A stretch of DNA of 64,000 nt from Pseudooceanicola sp. (GTDB lineage Bacteria; Pseudomonadota; Alphaproteobacteria; Rhodobacterales; Rhodobacteraceae): positions 39,747 through 103,746 of the forward strand of contig JBOEGP010000026.1 of assembly GCA_050633485.1 (NCBI GenBank), read 5' to 3'. The notes under the pieces are model-generated. The model was not told where the DNA came from, ran no database searches, and worked only from the letters and a program-made list of their open reading frames with translations. The position numbers and the translations under genes are program-made. Positions 48,673 to 58,409 of the stretch are shown in pieces (the first letter of the stretch is position 1; every line of letters starts with the position of its first letter).

Positions 48673-49791
48673 ATGACCAAACAACCAGCAGCGATATCCG
48701 ACATCGGACGCCTGGACCAGGTCGATGGGTTACGCGCGATTGCGATCCTTTGGGTCGCCATTTATCATTACGCCGTGTTCTGGACCCCTGCGGGCAAGGG
48801 CGACCCCCTTGTCCCATATGGCGATATGCTGGCCGGGATCCCGCTGGCCGGGGTTGGATTCCTTGGGGTAAACCTGTTCTTCATCATCTCCGGCTTTGTC
48901 ATCGCGTTCAGCCTGACCCGCAGTGCGGGCATAGGGCAATTCGCGGTGCTCCGAGCGATCCGCCTGTGGCCAACCATGGTGATCTGCGCCAGCATCACGT
49001 TCGTCTTGACCAGAACGTTCGGCCCGGACGAATTTCTGCGCAGCCCGTTGGAATATCTGATCAGCCTCAGCTTTGTGCCCCCGCCCCATGTGGGCAAGAT
49101 CATTGGACAGCCGGGGTTGGAATGGTTGGACGGCGCCTATTGGTCGTTATGGACCGAGGTGCGGTTCTACGCCATCGCCGCCATTTTGTTTTTCACCGCT
49201 CGCCGCCGCTTTCTTCTGCTTTGGACAATGTTTGCAATCCTGTCCATGGCGGTTCACCTGTTGGGCCTGACCAAGGGCGGGGTGTTCGATGCGCTGTCGC
49301 GTTTGATCTTTGCTGAATACCAACCCTATTTTTCCGCCGGAATCGCATTGGCGATGTTGCGTGCCAACACGCAGCGCGGCGGCGCGTTGGCTCTGCTCAG
49401 CCTCGCTTGCGGTCAGGCACTGGCCTATGCGGTGTTGCCGGCGGACACGTTCCCGGCCCCCACCCTGATCGGGATCGCCATCGTTTTCGCGCTGGCCATT
49501 CCCACGGTTCTGACACGGCGCGCCGTGCCGATCCTGTCGTGGGGCGGTGTGGTTTTGGCCGGTCAGGCATCATATGCCTATTACCTGCTGCACCAAAACG
49601 CCGGTCTTGCCCTTTTGGGCGCTTTGGCACCCGGCAACGGGATTGCGTCGGTGATTGTCATGATTGCGGTTCAGGTCGGGCTTTTGGCCGGGGCGATCGT
49701 TCTGACCACACGGATCGAAGCCCCCCTGCGCGGCGCATTGCGCAAACGCCTGGGGTCGCGTTCGGCCCACGCGATCGGTTCGCCCTCCTAG
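48673..49791 (+). CDS. Acyltransferase-3 (OafA-like) membrane O-acyltransferase
   Basis: DGLRAIA..H, GVNLFFIISGF, RAIRLWP, YWSLWTEVRFY, SYAYYLLH. Confidence 0.93.
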   Translation: MTKQPAAISDIGRLDQVDGLRAIAILWVAIYHYAVFWTPAGKGDPLVPYGDMLAGIPLAGVGFLGVNLFFIISGFVIAFSLTRSAGIGQFAVLRAIRLWPTMVICASITFVLTRTFGPDEFLRSPLEYLISLSFVPPPHVGKIIGQPGLEWLDGAYWSLWTEVRFYAIAAILFFTARRRFLLLWTMFAILSMAVHLLGLTKGGVFDALSRLIFAEYQPYFSAGIALAMLRANTQRGGALALLSLACGQALAYAVLPADTFPAPTLIGIAIVFALAIPTVLTRRAVPILSWGGVVLAGQASYAYYLLHQNAGLALLGALAPGNGIASVIVMIAVQVGLLAGAIVLTTRIEAPLRGALRKRLGSRSAHAIGSPS

Positions 49792-49972
49792 ACCTATCGC
49801 GGGTGTGCCAAACCCGCCGCCGTGACCATTGCCCCGGCCGTTGACCGGCTCCAATCACCACACCGGCACGCCACGCCCAAACCCTGGGCCGAGTCCCACC
49901 CCGGCCATTGTGGCGGGAATCGAGGGGTCTTTGTCCTAACCGTCATCACGGCGATTGCGGTAATGTCAGACC

Positions 49973-51016
49973 ATGACACAGAATCCCGCATATAAGACAG
50001 ACCAACGCCAGCGCAGCATTGTCATGGTGACCTATGCCGATGCCCACGTTCTGGACGTCGTCGGCCCGCTTGAGGTGCTGACCGGCGCGAAATTCTTTCT
50101 GCCTGAGGGGCCGGATCCTTATGATGTGACCGTCGTCGCCTCGTCAGCCGGCCCGGTACGCACAACGTCGGGGTTAAGCCTGACAGCGCATAAATCCTTT
50201 GATGATGCGATCAAGGACAACGCGCCCATCGACACGCTGATCGTCAGCGGAGGCCACGGAACCATGGCCGCAATCGAAGATCGCGACTTGTTGGACTTTG
50301 TGCGCCACGCCGCGTCACGGGCCAGACGCATCGTTTCGATCTGCACCGGGGCGATGATCCTGGCCGAAGTTGGGCTTCTTGATGGGAAACGGGCCAGCAC
50401 CCATTGGTGGTGGTGCCCCATTCTGGAAAACCGATACCCAAAGGTTCGGGTGGATCGCGATGCGATTTTCGTACGTGACGAAAATATCTGGACATCGGCC
50501 GGGGTGACGGCGGGTATGGATCTGGCGCTGGCATTGGTGGAAATGGATTGGGGGCATGACATCGCCCTTCAGGTCGCGCGCTATAACGTCATGTATATGA
50601 TGCGCCCCGGCGGCCAATCGCAGTTCAGCGCGCATCTTGTGGCGCAACGCGCCGAAGACCCGGCCATCAACGCCACGCTGGATCACATCCTGGCCAATCC
50701 CGGTGATCCGCTTACCGTTACCGCGCTTGCCGCGCGTGCCTGCCTGTCCGAACGCACCTTTGCGCGCCGGTTCAAGGACGAAACGAACATGACCCCGGCC
50801 GCCTATGTGGAAACCGCGCGGGTTCAAGCCGCGCGTGTCGCGCTTGAGTCAAGTGAAACGGGCATCGAACAGATCGCCCTGACCACGGGATTTCAAAACC
50901 CCGAACGGATGCGCCGCGCCTTTCAACGCCATCTTGGCGTGTCAGCCACGGAGTACCGCGACCGGTTCCGACGGTTCGACACCGGCGATGGGTTGATCCG
51001 CGACGGGCCAGAATAA
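49973..51016 (+). CDS. GlxA/FtrA-family AraC regulator (DJ-1/PfpI domain + HTH)
   Basis: SICTGA, TSAGVTAGMD, RPGGQSQFS, AraC HTH. Confidence 0.94.
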   Translation: MTQNPAYKTDQRQRSIVMVTYADAHVLDVVGPLEVLTGAKFFLPEGPDPYDVTVVASSAGPVRTTSGLSLTAHKSFDDAIKDNAPIDTLIVSGGHGTMAAIEDRDLLDFVRHAASRARRIVSICTGAMILAEVGLLDGKRASTHWWWCPILENRYPKVRVDRDAIFVRDENIWTSAGVTAGMDLALALVEMDWGHDIALQVARYNVMYMMRPGGQSQFSAHLVAQRAEDPAINATLDHILANPGDPLTVTALAARACLSERTFARRFKDETNMTPAAYVETARVQAARVALESSETGIEQIALTTGFQNPERMRRAFQRHLGVSATEYRDRFRRFDTGDGLIRDGPE

Positions 51017-51122
51017 CCCGCACCTGATCCACACCCAACGTCACTTCCTGCCACCTTAGCAGTCCCGCGCAAACCCTGTTTGCGTGCCCCTTTCCCTATA
51101 CCCAACCCAAAGGAAAATTCCG

Positions 51123-51485
51123 ATGAAACCTGTTCATTTCCCTGCTCTTTTGACTGCTCTGCTGGCCGCCTGTGCGGACAGTGGCGCCAATTACACCCCG
51201 ATCCTGGACGGGGCCGCAACGCCTGCGTTCCAAAGCGATCTGGCCGCTTGTCAGTCCCTGGCGCGCAACCAGCGCCAACTGGATCAGGAAACCATGGGCG
51301 CCGCAGTTCTTGGCGCGGGTGCCGGTGCACTCTTGGGGGCCGCATCCGGTGACTCCGACGCGGTCGGCGGCGCCATCGGTGGTGCCCTTGCCGGCGGCGT
51401 TGCAGGTGCCGTGAACGCAAGCGAACGGCGCGAAGGAATTGTTGTCGAATGCCTGCGCGGCCGTGGTCACCGCGTCGTCGGTTGA
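51123..51485 (+). CDS. Glycine-zipper lipoprotein
   Basis: Lipobox LLAAC, GAVLGAGAGALLG zipper, CLRGRG end. Confidence 0.82.
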   Translation: MKPVHFPALLTALLAACADSGANYTPILDGAATPAFQSDLAACQSLARNQRQLDQETMGAAVLGAGAGALLGAASGDSDAVGGAIGGALAGGVAGAVNASERREGIVVECLRGRGHRVVG

Positions 51486-51604
51486 CCGGTCACTTCGCCA
51501 ATGATCACGCCCTGCGCCGGACAAAACGCCCCCATCAACCCCGCCCCTTTGGCGATCGGGGACCATGACGCAATTGCGCACCCAAACACAAAAGGAACCC
51601 ACCC

Positions 51605-51979
51605 ATGTTAAACGAAACCCTTTCCGTGACCTATGCCGCACTCGCGACCTTGCCCGCCGCAATGCACATCGCACTCGGCGCAGGCGCGCCGCTGGGGCGG
51701 TACACGATCGGGGGGAAATTCACCGGCCGCCTTCCCCCGGTATGGCGCGCGGCCGCATTGTTTCAGGCCGCCCTGTTGGTCGGAATGGCCCTGGTCGTTC
51801 TGGACCGGGGCGGCGCCCCGATCACTGGCCTTCCTGACGTTCTGTTCTGGCCGGTCGTCGGCCTGACCACCCTCACCTTCTTTGCCAATGCGGCAAGCCC
51901 TTCGCTGCCGGAACGGCATCTGTGGACACCCGTCACCCTTGGGATGGTGACGACCGCCCTTGGCGCGGAATTTCTATGA
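51605..51979 (+). CDS. Small membrane hypothetical protein
   Basis: About 4 TM segments, HIALGAGAPLG..GG motif, AAGGA RBS. Confidence 0.7.
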   Translation: MLNETLSVTYAALATLPAAMHIALGAGAPLGRYTIGGKFTGRLPPVWRAAALFQAALLVGMALVVLDRGGAPITGLPDVLFWPVVGLTTLTFFANAASPSLPERHLWTPVTLGMVTTALGAEFL

Positions 51980-52003
51980 AAACCCTTTTTGAAAGGACAC
52001 GTT

Positions 52004-52858
52004 ATGCAAACTGTTTTTATCGCTGGCGCCTCTGGTTATCTGGGCCGCCACCTTTGTGCCGAATACCAGCGCCGGGGGTGGCATGTCCGCGCCCTGGTGC
52101 GGGATGCCATGCGCGCGCAACATCTGAACGCCGACGAATTGATCGAAGCCGAGGCAACCCAACCCCTGACACTTGCCGGCATTATGGACGGCGCCGATCT
52201 GGTGATTTCGGCCCTTGGCATCACCCGGCAAACCGATGGGTTGGATTATTGGGATGTTGATTTTCTGGCCAATCTGAACCTGTTGGACGAAGCGCGGCGC
52301 GCCAAAGTTGCGCGTTTCGCATTCATCCACGTATTGAACGCCCGGCGCATGGCACATGTGCCGATGGTTGCGGCCAAGGCGGCCTTTGTTCTGGCCTTGC
52401 AAGACAGCGACATTGCATCAACCGTGATTGCCCCGTCTGGGTTTTTTTCGGACATGGGGGATTTTCTGACCATGGCTTTGTCGGGCCGTGTCTGGCTATT
52501 CGGGTCGGGCAAGCACAAGATCAATCCGATCCATGGCGCCGATCTGGCCGAGGCGACAGCGGACGCGATTGACGATGAAACAGCTTGGCTGGACGTTGGT
52601 GGGCCAGACATCCTGACCCAGACCGATTGGGCCAAATCCGCATTTGCCGCCGTTGGCCGACCGGTCAGGATTGTTCGATTGCCGGACTGGATCCGCCGCA
52701 CTGTGCTGTTCCTTTTGCCGCATCTCGCGCCAAGGCGGGTGCATGGACCGGCACAGTTCTTTTTGACGGCCCTTGGGCTGGACATGGTCGGTGACCCGCA
52801 CGGCACCCGTCATCTGGATGCACATTTTCGAACCCTTGCGGACCATCCACAGGCCTGA
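52004..52858 (+). CDS. Atypical SDR / NAD(P)-binding oxidoreductase
   Basis: IAGASGYLG Rossmann motif, NPIHGADLA. Confidence 0.88.
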   Translation: MQTVFIAGASGYLGRHLCAEYQRRGWHVRALVRDAMRAQHLNADELIEAEATQPLTLAGIMDGADLVISALGITRQTDGLDYWDVDFLANLNLLDEARRAKVARFAFIHVLNARRMAHVPMVAAKAAFVLALQDSDIASTVIAPSGFFSDMGDFLTMALSGRVWLFGSGKHKINPIHGADLAEATADAIDDETAWLDVGGPDILTQTDWAKSAFAAVGRPVRIVRLPDWIRRTVLFLLPHLAPRRVHGPAQFFLTALGLDMVGDPHGTRHLDAHFRTLADHPQA

Positions 52859-52877
52859 CAGCGATCACACCCGGTAG

Positions 52878-52902
52878 GGATGCCTTGGCAAACAAGGCGT
52901 CC
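52878..52902. terminator. Hairpin between convergent genes
   Basis: GGATGCCTTG-GCAAA-CAAGGCGTCC followed by TTT. Confidence 0.55.
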
Positions 52903-52944
52903 TTTGCCGACGCCCCGCTGTGGCGGGCGCAGTCACGCTTGCCG

Positions 52945-53829
52945 TCATCGACCGATGAATTCCGCGCGCCGTTCGCTTAGGGCGTCACACAAAAAATCGA
53001 CGAACAACCGCACCCGCCTGACCCGACGCAGATCTCCATGCAACAGAACCCATGTCGCGCGGCTTGTATCAAAATCCGTCCCCGGAACCCGCTGTAATTC
53101 GGGAAACGACGCCTGAACCCACGCGGCCAACATCGTCATTCCCGCGCCCGCGCGCGCAAGGTGCAGATGCATCTCTGGGTCCGGCACAGAATGGCGAATT
53201 GCGGCGCCGGGAAACGGAGAATGCTTAACAAATTCCAAGAATTCGGCCACATCGCCATATCCGATCCAGGTCAACCCCTGCCCCTGAGGCCCGGCCACCG
53301 GCAACATCCGATCAAGATATTCGGCCGAAGCATATGTCCCGATCGCCAGCGGGAACAGCTTGCGACCGACCGCGTCTTCGTCAATCGAACGCACGTGGCG
53401 GATGGACACATCTGTTTCCAACTTTGCAATGGAATCAATCGCATAGGAAAGCTTTAGGTCGATTTCAATTTCGGGGTACAGGGCGGCGAATTCGGCCAAA
53501 ACCGGTGCCAACAGGACATGCGCTGTCATGGGATCGGCGGACAGGCGAATGCGCCCGCTGGCCTCGCGATCCAGCCCCTGAACGGCGTTAAACCCCTTTA
53601 GCAGCGCGACTTCGGCTTCCAATGCCTCGGGCAACAGCGCGCGCCCGGCCGCCGTCAATTGCAAGCCATCCGCCCCCCGTCGAAACAGCTGTGCACCAAG
53701 GCTGGCTTCCAGCGCCTCGATCTGGCGGCGGATGGTGGCATGGGTGCTGTCGGATTGTTCGGCTGCACTGCGCAGCGATCCGGCACGGGCCACGGCCAAA
53801 AAGGCGGGAAGAGATTTCCAGTCCATCAT
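52945..53829 (-). CDS. LysR family transcriptional regulator
   Basis: FLAVARAGSLRSAA..IEALEASLGAQLF HTH; divergent from the MDR gene. Confidence 0.93.
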   Translation of the reverse strand: MMDWKSLPAFLAVARAGSLRSAAEQSDSTHATIRRQIEALEASLGAQLFRRGADGLQLTAAGRALLPEALEAEVALLKGFNAVQGLDREASGRIRLSADPMTAHVLLAPVLAEFAALYPEIEIDLKLSYAIDSIAKLETDVSIRHVRSIDEDAVGRKLFPLAIGTYASAEYLDRMLPVAGPQGQGLTWIGYGDVAEFLEFVKHSPFPGAAIRHSVPDPEMHLHLARAGAGMTMLAAWVQASFPELQRVPGTDFDTSRATWVLLHGDLRRVRRVRLFVDFLCDALSERRAEFIGR

Positions 53830-53940
53830 AGTGGAACGATTTTGAACCACAACGGGGTGTTTGCGTCAATATGCGGGTGAATTTTGACCCGCTATACCAG
53901 CGTCAATTCCTAAGCAATTCCAACCAAAGGAGCGACCATT

Positions 53941-54921
53941 ATGACCCCCACACTTTCCGCCTGGAGCATCCGCACCTATGGCACACCTGATCAACTGGTG
54001 TCCGTCGAACGGCCAATGCCAACGCCCGGCCCAACCGAAATCCTGATCCGTGTCCACGCTTCGGCTGTCACCCGTGCGGATGGCATGATGCGCGCGGGCG
54101 AACCGCGATTTGCCCGCGCCTTTCTGGGGTTCAAACGGCCCCGCAAGGACCTGATCGGCACCTGCTTGTCCGGCGAAGTCATTGCCACAGGCGACAAGGT
54201 CACCCGGTTTTCCATCGGTGATGAGGTGTTCGGTGAGGCCGGAATGGAATTTGGCGCCAATGCAAGCCACATCTGCCTGGACGAATCCGGCGTCCTGATG
54301 CCAAAGCCCGCCGATCTGTCCCACGAAGACGCCGCCGTGATGTGCGACGGGCCGCTGACATCGCTGTATTTTCTGGAAAACGTCGCCGCCCTGAAACCCG
54401 GCGAACGGATCCTGATCCTTGGGGGATCGGGCAGCTTGGGCAGTGCGGCTGTTCAAATTGCCGCCGCCATGGGGGCGATCGTGACGGCCACGTGTTCGAC
54501 CCGCAACATGGAAATGGTCAGCACGCTGGGGGCCAACCATGTCATTGACTACACGTCAGAAAACCCATTCGCCGCGCGGAACGCCTATGATGTCGTCTAT
54601 GACACTCTGGGGATTGCGTCATATGGCGATGCGCGCAAAAGCCTTGCCAGAAAGGGGCGATATGTCTGCCCCGTTCTGACATTGCCCATGTTGGGGTCCG
54701 TCCTGCGCACATCGGTTTTTGCCAATCGCAAAGCCCGTTTTTCGGCAGCCGGATTGCAAAAACCCGCGTCATTGCGCCCAATGTTAACCCGTTTGCTGGC
54801 GATGACGGAACAGGCGACATTTGCCCCGGTGTTGGACCGCATCTATCCACTCAGCGATCTGATCACAGCGCACAACTACATGGAAACCGGCCACAAACGC
54901 GGAAGTGTTGTTGTGGTTTGA
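53941..54921 (+). CDS. MDR family NAD(P)-dependent oxidoreductase (quinone reductase-like)
   Basis: ILIRVHAS, LGGSGSLGSAAVQIA, GANHVIDY. Confidence 0.9.
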   Translation: MTPTLSAWSIRTYGTPDQLVSVERPMPTPGPTEILIRVHASAVTRADGMMRAGEPRFARAFLGFKRPRKDLIGTCLSGEVIATGDKVTRFSIGDEVFGEAGMEFGANASHICLDESGVLMPKPADLSHEDAAVMCDGPLTSLYFLENVAALKPGERILILGGSGSLGSAAVQIAAAMGAIVTATCSTRNMEMVSTLGANHVIDYTSENPFAARNAYDVVYDTLGIASYGDARKSLARKGRYVCPVLTLPMLGSVLRTSVFANRKARFSAAGLQKPASLRPMLTRLLAMTEQATFAPVLDRIYPLSDLITAHNYMETGHKRGSVVVV

Positions 54922-55077
54922 CCCCGTACGACGCATTCCATCCCTTTCGAACAAACCCGGCGGCCGTTTGGGCGACGTAACGGCTGCCCCGTTCCCTCCT
55001 TTCATCCTGGCACATTTAATGGCACACCGTGCGCGCACAGGCGGACCCCGTGCGATTCATAGATTGGGAGATTTGAA

Positions 55078-55305
55078 ATGGGACTTGGTGATATGCTTGG
55101 AAAAGCAGCAGGCGCACTGGGCGGAATGGACGGCATCGTTTCGAAAATCAGCGAAAGCGGAATTGATCTTTCGGCTTTGGCGGAAATGGACGCAACCGCA
55201 GTAACCGCCATGCTCGAAGAAAAAGGGATCGACCTTTCGATGCTTGAGGGGCTGGGCCTGTCCGTCGAAGACGTGATCGAAAAGGTCAAAGAAAAGCTGG
55301 CCTAA
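55078..55305 (+). CDS. Small acidic hypothetical protein
   Basis: GGAG RBS; two GIDLS repeats; plausible codon usage. Confidence 0.7.
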   Translation: MGLGDMLGKAAGALGGMDGIVSKISESGIDLSALAEMDATAVTAMLEEKGIDLSMLEGLGLSVEDVIEKVKEKLA

Positions 55306-55417
55306 GGTATTGGGCCGGGGGCATTATTGGATTTGCCCCTGGCCAATCAATTGGACGTATGGCCAATCGGCGCTGGCCTGGCCATTCGTCGCCCTTCCCC
55401 GATCAGAACAAACCCCA

Positions 55418-55918
55418 TCAATAGGGTTCGATGTGGTCCGCGGACAGGGCATAGGCAATATCCGCCAACTGCGTTGACGTGGACGCTGTGCCGAACATGC
55501 CAATGACATTCACCGGTTCATAGAGGCCCGAACTCTGATACGGGGTGTTCGTTGTCACAAAAACCAACTGGTTCGCCGGTGGCGGCGGGACGTGAACGCA
55601 GGCGCCGACAAATGGCACAAGGATGAACGACGTGACACCCGTGCCTGAATATTCGATCGGCACGATAAATCCGGGCAATCGAACAATCTGACCGTTCCAG
55701 TCATGGCGCACACCGGTTGACGCGGGCTGTTCGCTGAACAAGGGCGCATCGTCATGGTCCATCACCCCCTGCAGGATCGGCGGAACTGGGTTTTCCCCCT
55801 TTGGCAACAGGTCTGACCATTCCAGATCAACGTATTCCTCGGCCCTTGCGCCTTGCGCGACCAGGGCCAAAGCACCAATGCCCAACAATAGGGAACGCCG
55901 ATCACAGCCCAGGGTCAC
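55418..55918 (-). CDS. DUF3299 protein (ZrgD-like), copy 2
   Basis: WSDL, LPGFIVP, GACVHVPPPPANQ; RR signal. Confidence 0.88.
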   Translation of the reverse strand: MTLGCDRRSLLLGIGALALVAQGARAEEYVDLEWSDLLPKGENPVPPILQGVMDHDDAPLFSEQPASTGVRHDWNGQIVRLPGFIVPIEYSGTGVTSFILVPFVGACVHVPPPPANQLVFVTTNTPYQSSGLYEPVNVIGMFGTASTSTQLADIAYALSADHIEPY

Positions 55919-56430
55919 CAGACGTACATCTCCAACAGGTCCGCCTTGATGACATAGCCGGTTTCAGCAACATCGGTTGACTGAATCTCATGGCTCATTT
56001 CCCCTGTCACCCACACGGCTTCCCACAGCTTGTCCTTGGGGTATGGCGTTTCAGTTGTCACAAAAACCAACTGGTTCGGCGGCGGCGGCGGTGTGTGAAT
56101 ACAGGCCCCGACATAGGGCACCAGCACAAAACTGGTCACGCCGGCCTGGGACATTTCGATCGGAATGATAAACCCCGGCATTTTGATATACGCCCCATCC
56201 AAAGCGGGATTAAGCTTGGTCGCGTTGCTGTCAAAAACGGGCCGCCACGTATCCTTGGCGGCGTCCAATTTGCCTTCGGCAATGATTTCCGCATAAGGGA
56301 TCCCCGGCGGGATCAGATCATCCCATTGGATTGTCGTGGGTGTCTTGGCGATTGCCATGCGCGGCAGAACGGCACCGGTGACTGCACCGGCAACGGCCGA
56401 CGTGAACAATTTTCGACGTGTTAGACGCAT
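55915..56430 (-). CDS. DUF3299 protein (ZrgD-like), copy 1
   Basis: TRRKLF Tat-like signal; GACIHTPPPPPNQ. Confidence 0.88.
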   Translation of the reverse strand: MRLTRRKLFTSAVAGAVTGAVLPRMAIAKTPTTIQWDDLIPPGIPYAEIIAEGKLDAAKDTWRPVFDSNATKLNPALDGAYIKMPGFIIPIEMSQAGVTSFVLVPYVGACIHTPPPPPNQLVFVTTETPYPKDKLWEAVWVTGEMSHEIQSTDVAETGYVIKADLLEMYVW

Positions 56431-56446
56431 ATCCTCACCCCCTAAT

Positions 56447-57697
56447 CTAAATACGGACTGTCATACCATCCGCCAACGACATGCGGTAGGCACGCAATGC
56501 GGGAACAATGCTCACAATCACGCCAACACAGACCACGCCCAACAGCACCCAGACCTCGCGCCATGTGGGTGGTGAAATCGGCAACCAGAGGCCGAATGCG
56601 CTGTCGATCATGGGCTGAGAGATGACAAGCCCCACGTACAGCAACACCATCCCAAGGGCCGCGCCCAAAGCCGCCATCAAGGCCGCTTCGAGAACCAAAA
56701 GACCCAAAATGACCCGTGGCCGCGCGCCCATGGCCCGAAAAATCGCCATCTCGCGGCGTCTTTCGTTCAGGCTTGAAAAAATTGTCGCCATCATGCCGAT
56801 CATCGCCGTGACAATCACCATGGCCGACACGGCAATAAGGGCCGTTTCCGCGACACCGACGATCTGCCAAAGCTCTTGCAAGGCGACACCGGGAAGAATG
56901 GCCAGCAAAGGTTCTTGGGCGTATTCATTGATTGCCCGCTGGAGGCCGAACACCCGCAGACGGCTTTTCGCGCCGATCAACGCGGCAGTCACCGCCTGTG
57001 GTTGCAAATCCATCTGGCGGATCACATCGGCCGGGGTCGATTGGCCGGGGATTTGCGCCCCGCTTTTCCAATCCACATGAATGGCTTCGATCGCCTTAAG
57101 GCTGACGATAACCGTGCGATCCACGGGCGTCCCGGTCTTTTCCAGAATGCCGGAAACGCGAAACGGTTGATCCTTGTGCTGTGAAAACGATGCAAGGCCA
57201 TGCGCCACCACAATCGGGTCACCGATATCATACCCAAGGGTGGCCGCGACATCGGCCCCAATGACCGTGTCGAACAGATCGGACAGGATTGCGCCATCCC
57301 TCAGCAAAAGCGATTTGCCCGCGCGATATTTGTAGCGATCAAAGAATGCCGGAGTCGTGCCCATCACCCGGAATTGCCTGTGGCTGTCGCCCAGGGAAAT
57401 CGGCACGATCCAATCCACTTCGGGGCGTTGTGCGATGTCTTGATAGCTTTCCCAGGTCATGTTGTTGGTGGCATTGCCGATCCGAAACACGGAATACAGC
57501 AGCAATTGCACCGATCCAGACCGCGCGCCCACAATCAGATCCGTGCCCGAAATCGTGTCCGCAAAACTGTTCTTTGCGCCCGTGCGCACCTTTTCCACCC
57601 CAAGGAAAAGCGCAACCGAAAGGCCAATCGCCACGATGGTCATCGCAACTGTCAGACCACGCGCCACAAGCGATCCAAGGGCAAGACGAACCATCAC
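56447..57697 (-). CDS. MacB/FtsX-type ABC permease (ZrgC-like)
   Basis: GTDLIVGARSG, PISLGDSH, ERRREMAIFRAMGA. Confidence 0.92.
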   Translation of the reverse strand: MMVRLALGSLVARGLTVAMTIVAIGLSVALFLGVEKVRTGAKNSFADTISGTDLIVGARSGSVQLLLYSVFRIGNATNNMTWESYQDIAQRPEVDWIVPISLGDSHRQFRVMGTTPAFFDRYKYRAGKSLLLRDGAILSDLFDTVIGADVAATLGYDIGDPIVVAHGLASFSQHKDQPFRVSGILEKTGTPVDRTVIVSLKAIEAIHVDWKSGAQIPGQSTPADVIRQMDLQPQAVTAALIGAKSRLRVFGLQRAINEYAQEPLLAILPGVALQELWQIVGVAETALIAVSAMVIVTAMIGMMATIFSSLNERRREMAIFRAMGARPRVILGLLVLEAALMAALGAALGMVLLYVGLVISQPMIDSAFGLWLPISPPTWREVWVLLGVVCVGVIVSIVPALRAYRMSLADGMTVRI

Positions 57698-58395
57698 GCC
57701 GCGTCACGTTCGGATGTGGTGATGTCAGCCATGTGAACGACACGGTCGAATTGGTCGGACAGGCGCGCATCGTGGCTGACCATCAGGATGGCTGTGCCAT
57801 GCGCGCGGGATTGGGCGAACAACAGGTCAAGGAATGTCGTCTGGGTCGCCGCATCCAGTGACGATGTGGGTTCATCGGCCACGATCAGGGGCGGTGCGCC
57901 GATCAAGGCGCGCGCCGCTGCAACCCGTTGCTGTTGCCCCACGCTCAACCGCCCTGCCCGCGCCGTCATGACATCCGCAGGCAATCCCAATGCCCGGCAC
58001 AACCTGTCGGCCTCAGCCCTCGGGTCGCTCACCCTTGCGCGGCGTTCCCGCGCAAAACGTAATGGCAGCAGGATGTTATCGCGCACATTTGCAAATGGCA
58101 GCAGGTTGAATTGCTGAAAGATCAACCCGATCTGATCCGCGCGAAACCTGTCACGTTGGCCTGCCGTAAGGGCATTCAAGTCTGCCCCGGCGACGCAAAC
58201 GCAGCCGGATTGCGCCGTGATCGTACCGCAGATCAACGACAACAAGGTCGATTTCCCAGACCCGCTTTCCCCCAACAGCAATACCGTCTCGCAAGGGTTC
58301 AAAGTCAGGGCGGGAACATGCAACCCAAAGGACGCCCGCCCCGGCCACCGGAAACGGGCGTCGTCGATCTGCAAAATGGGGTTTGTTTCGGTCAT
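57694..58395 (-). CDS. ABC ATP-binding protein (ZrgB-like)
   Basis: GESGSGKS, LSVGQQQR, ADEPT, SHD. Confidence 0.95.
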   Translation of the reverse strand: MTETNPILQIDDARFRWPGRASFGLHVPALTLNPCETVLLLGESGSGKSTLLSLICGTITAQSGCVCVAGADLNALTAGQRDRFRADQIGLIFQQFNLLPFANVRDNILLPLRFARERRARVSDPRAEADRLCRALGLPADVMTARAGRLSVGQQQRVAAARALIGAPPLIVADEPTSSLDAATQTTFLDLLFAQSRAHGTAILMVSHDARLSDQFDRVVHMADITTSERDAA

Positions 58396-58409
58396 CGCAA
58401 ACAGATGTT

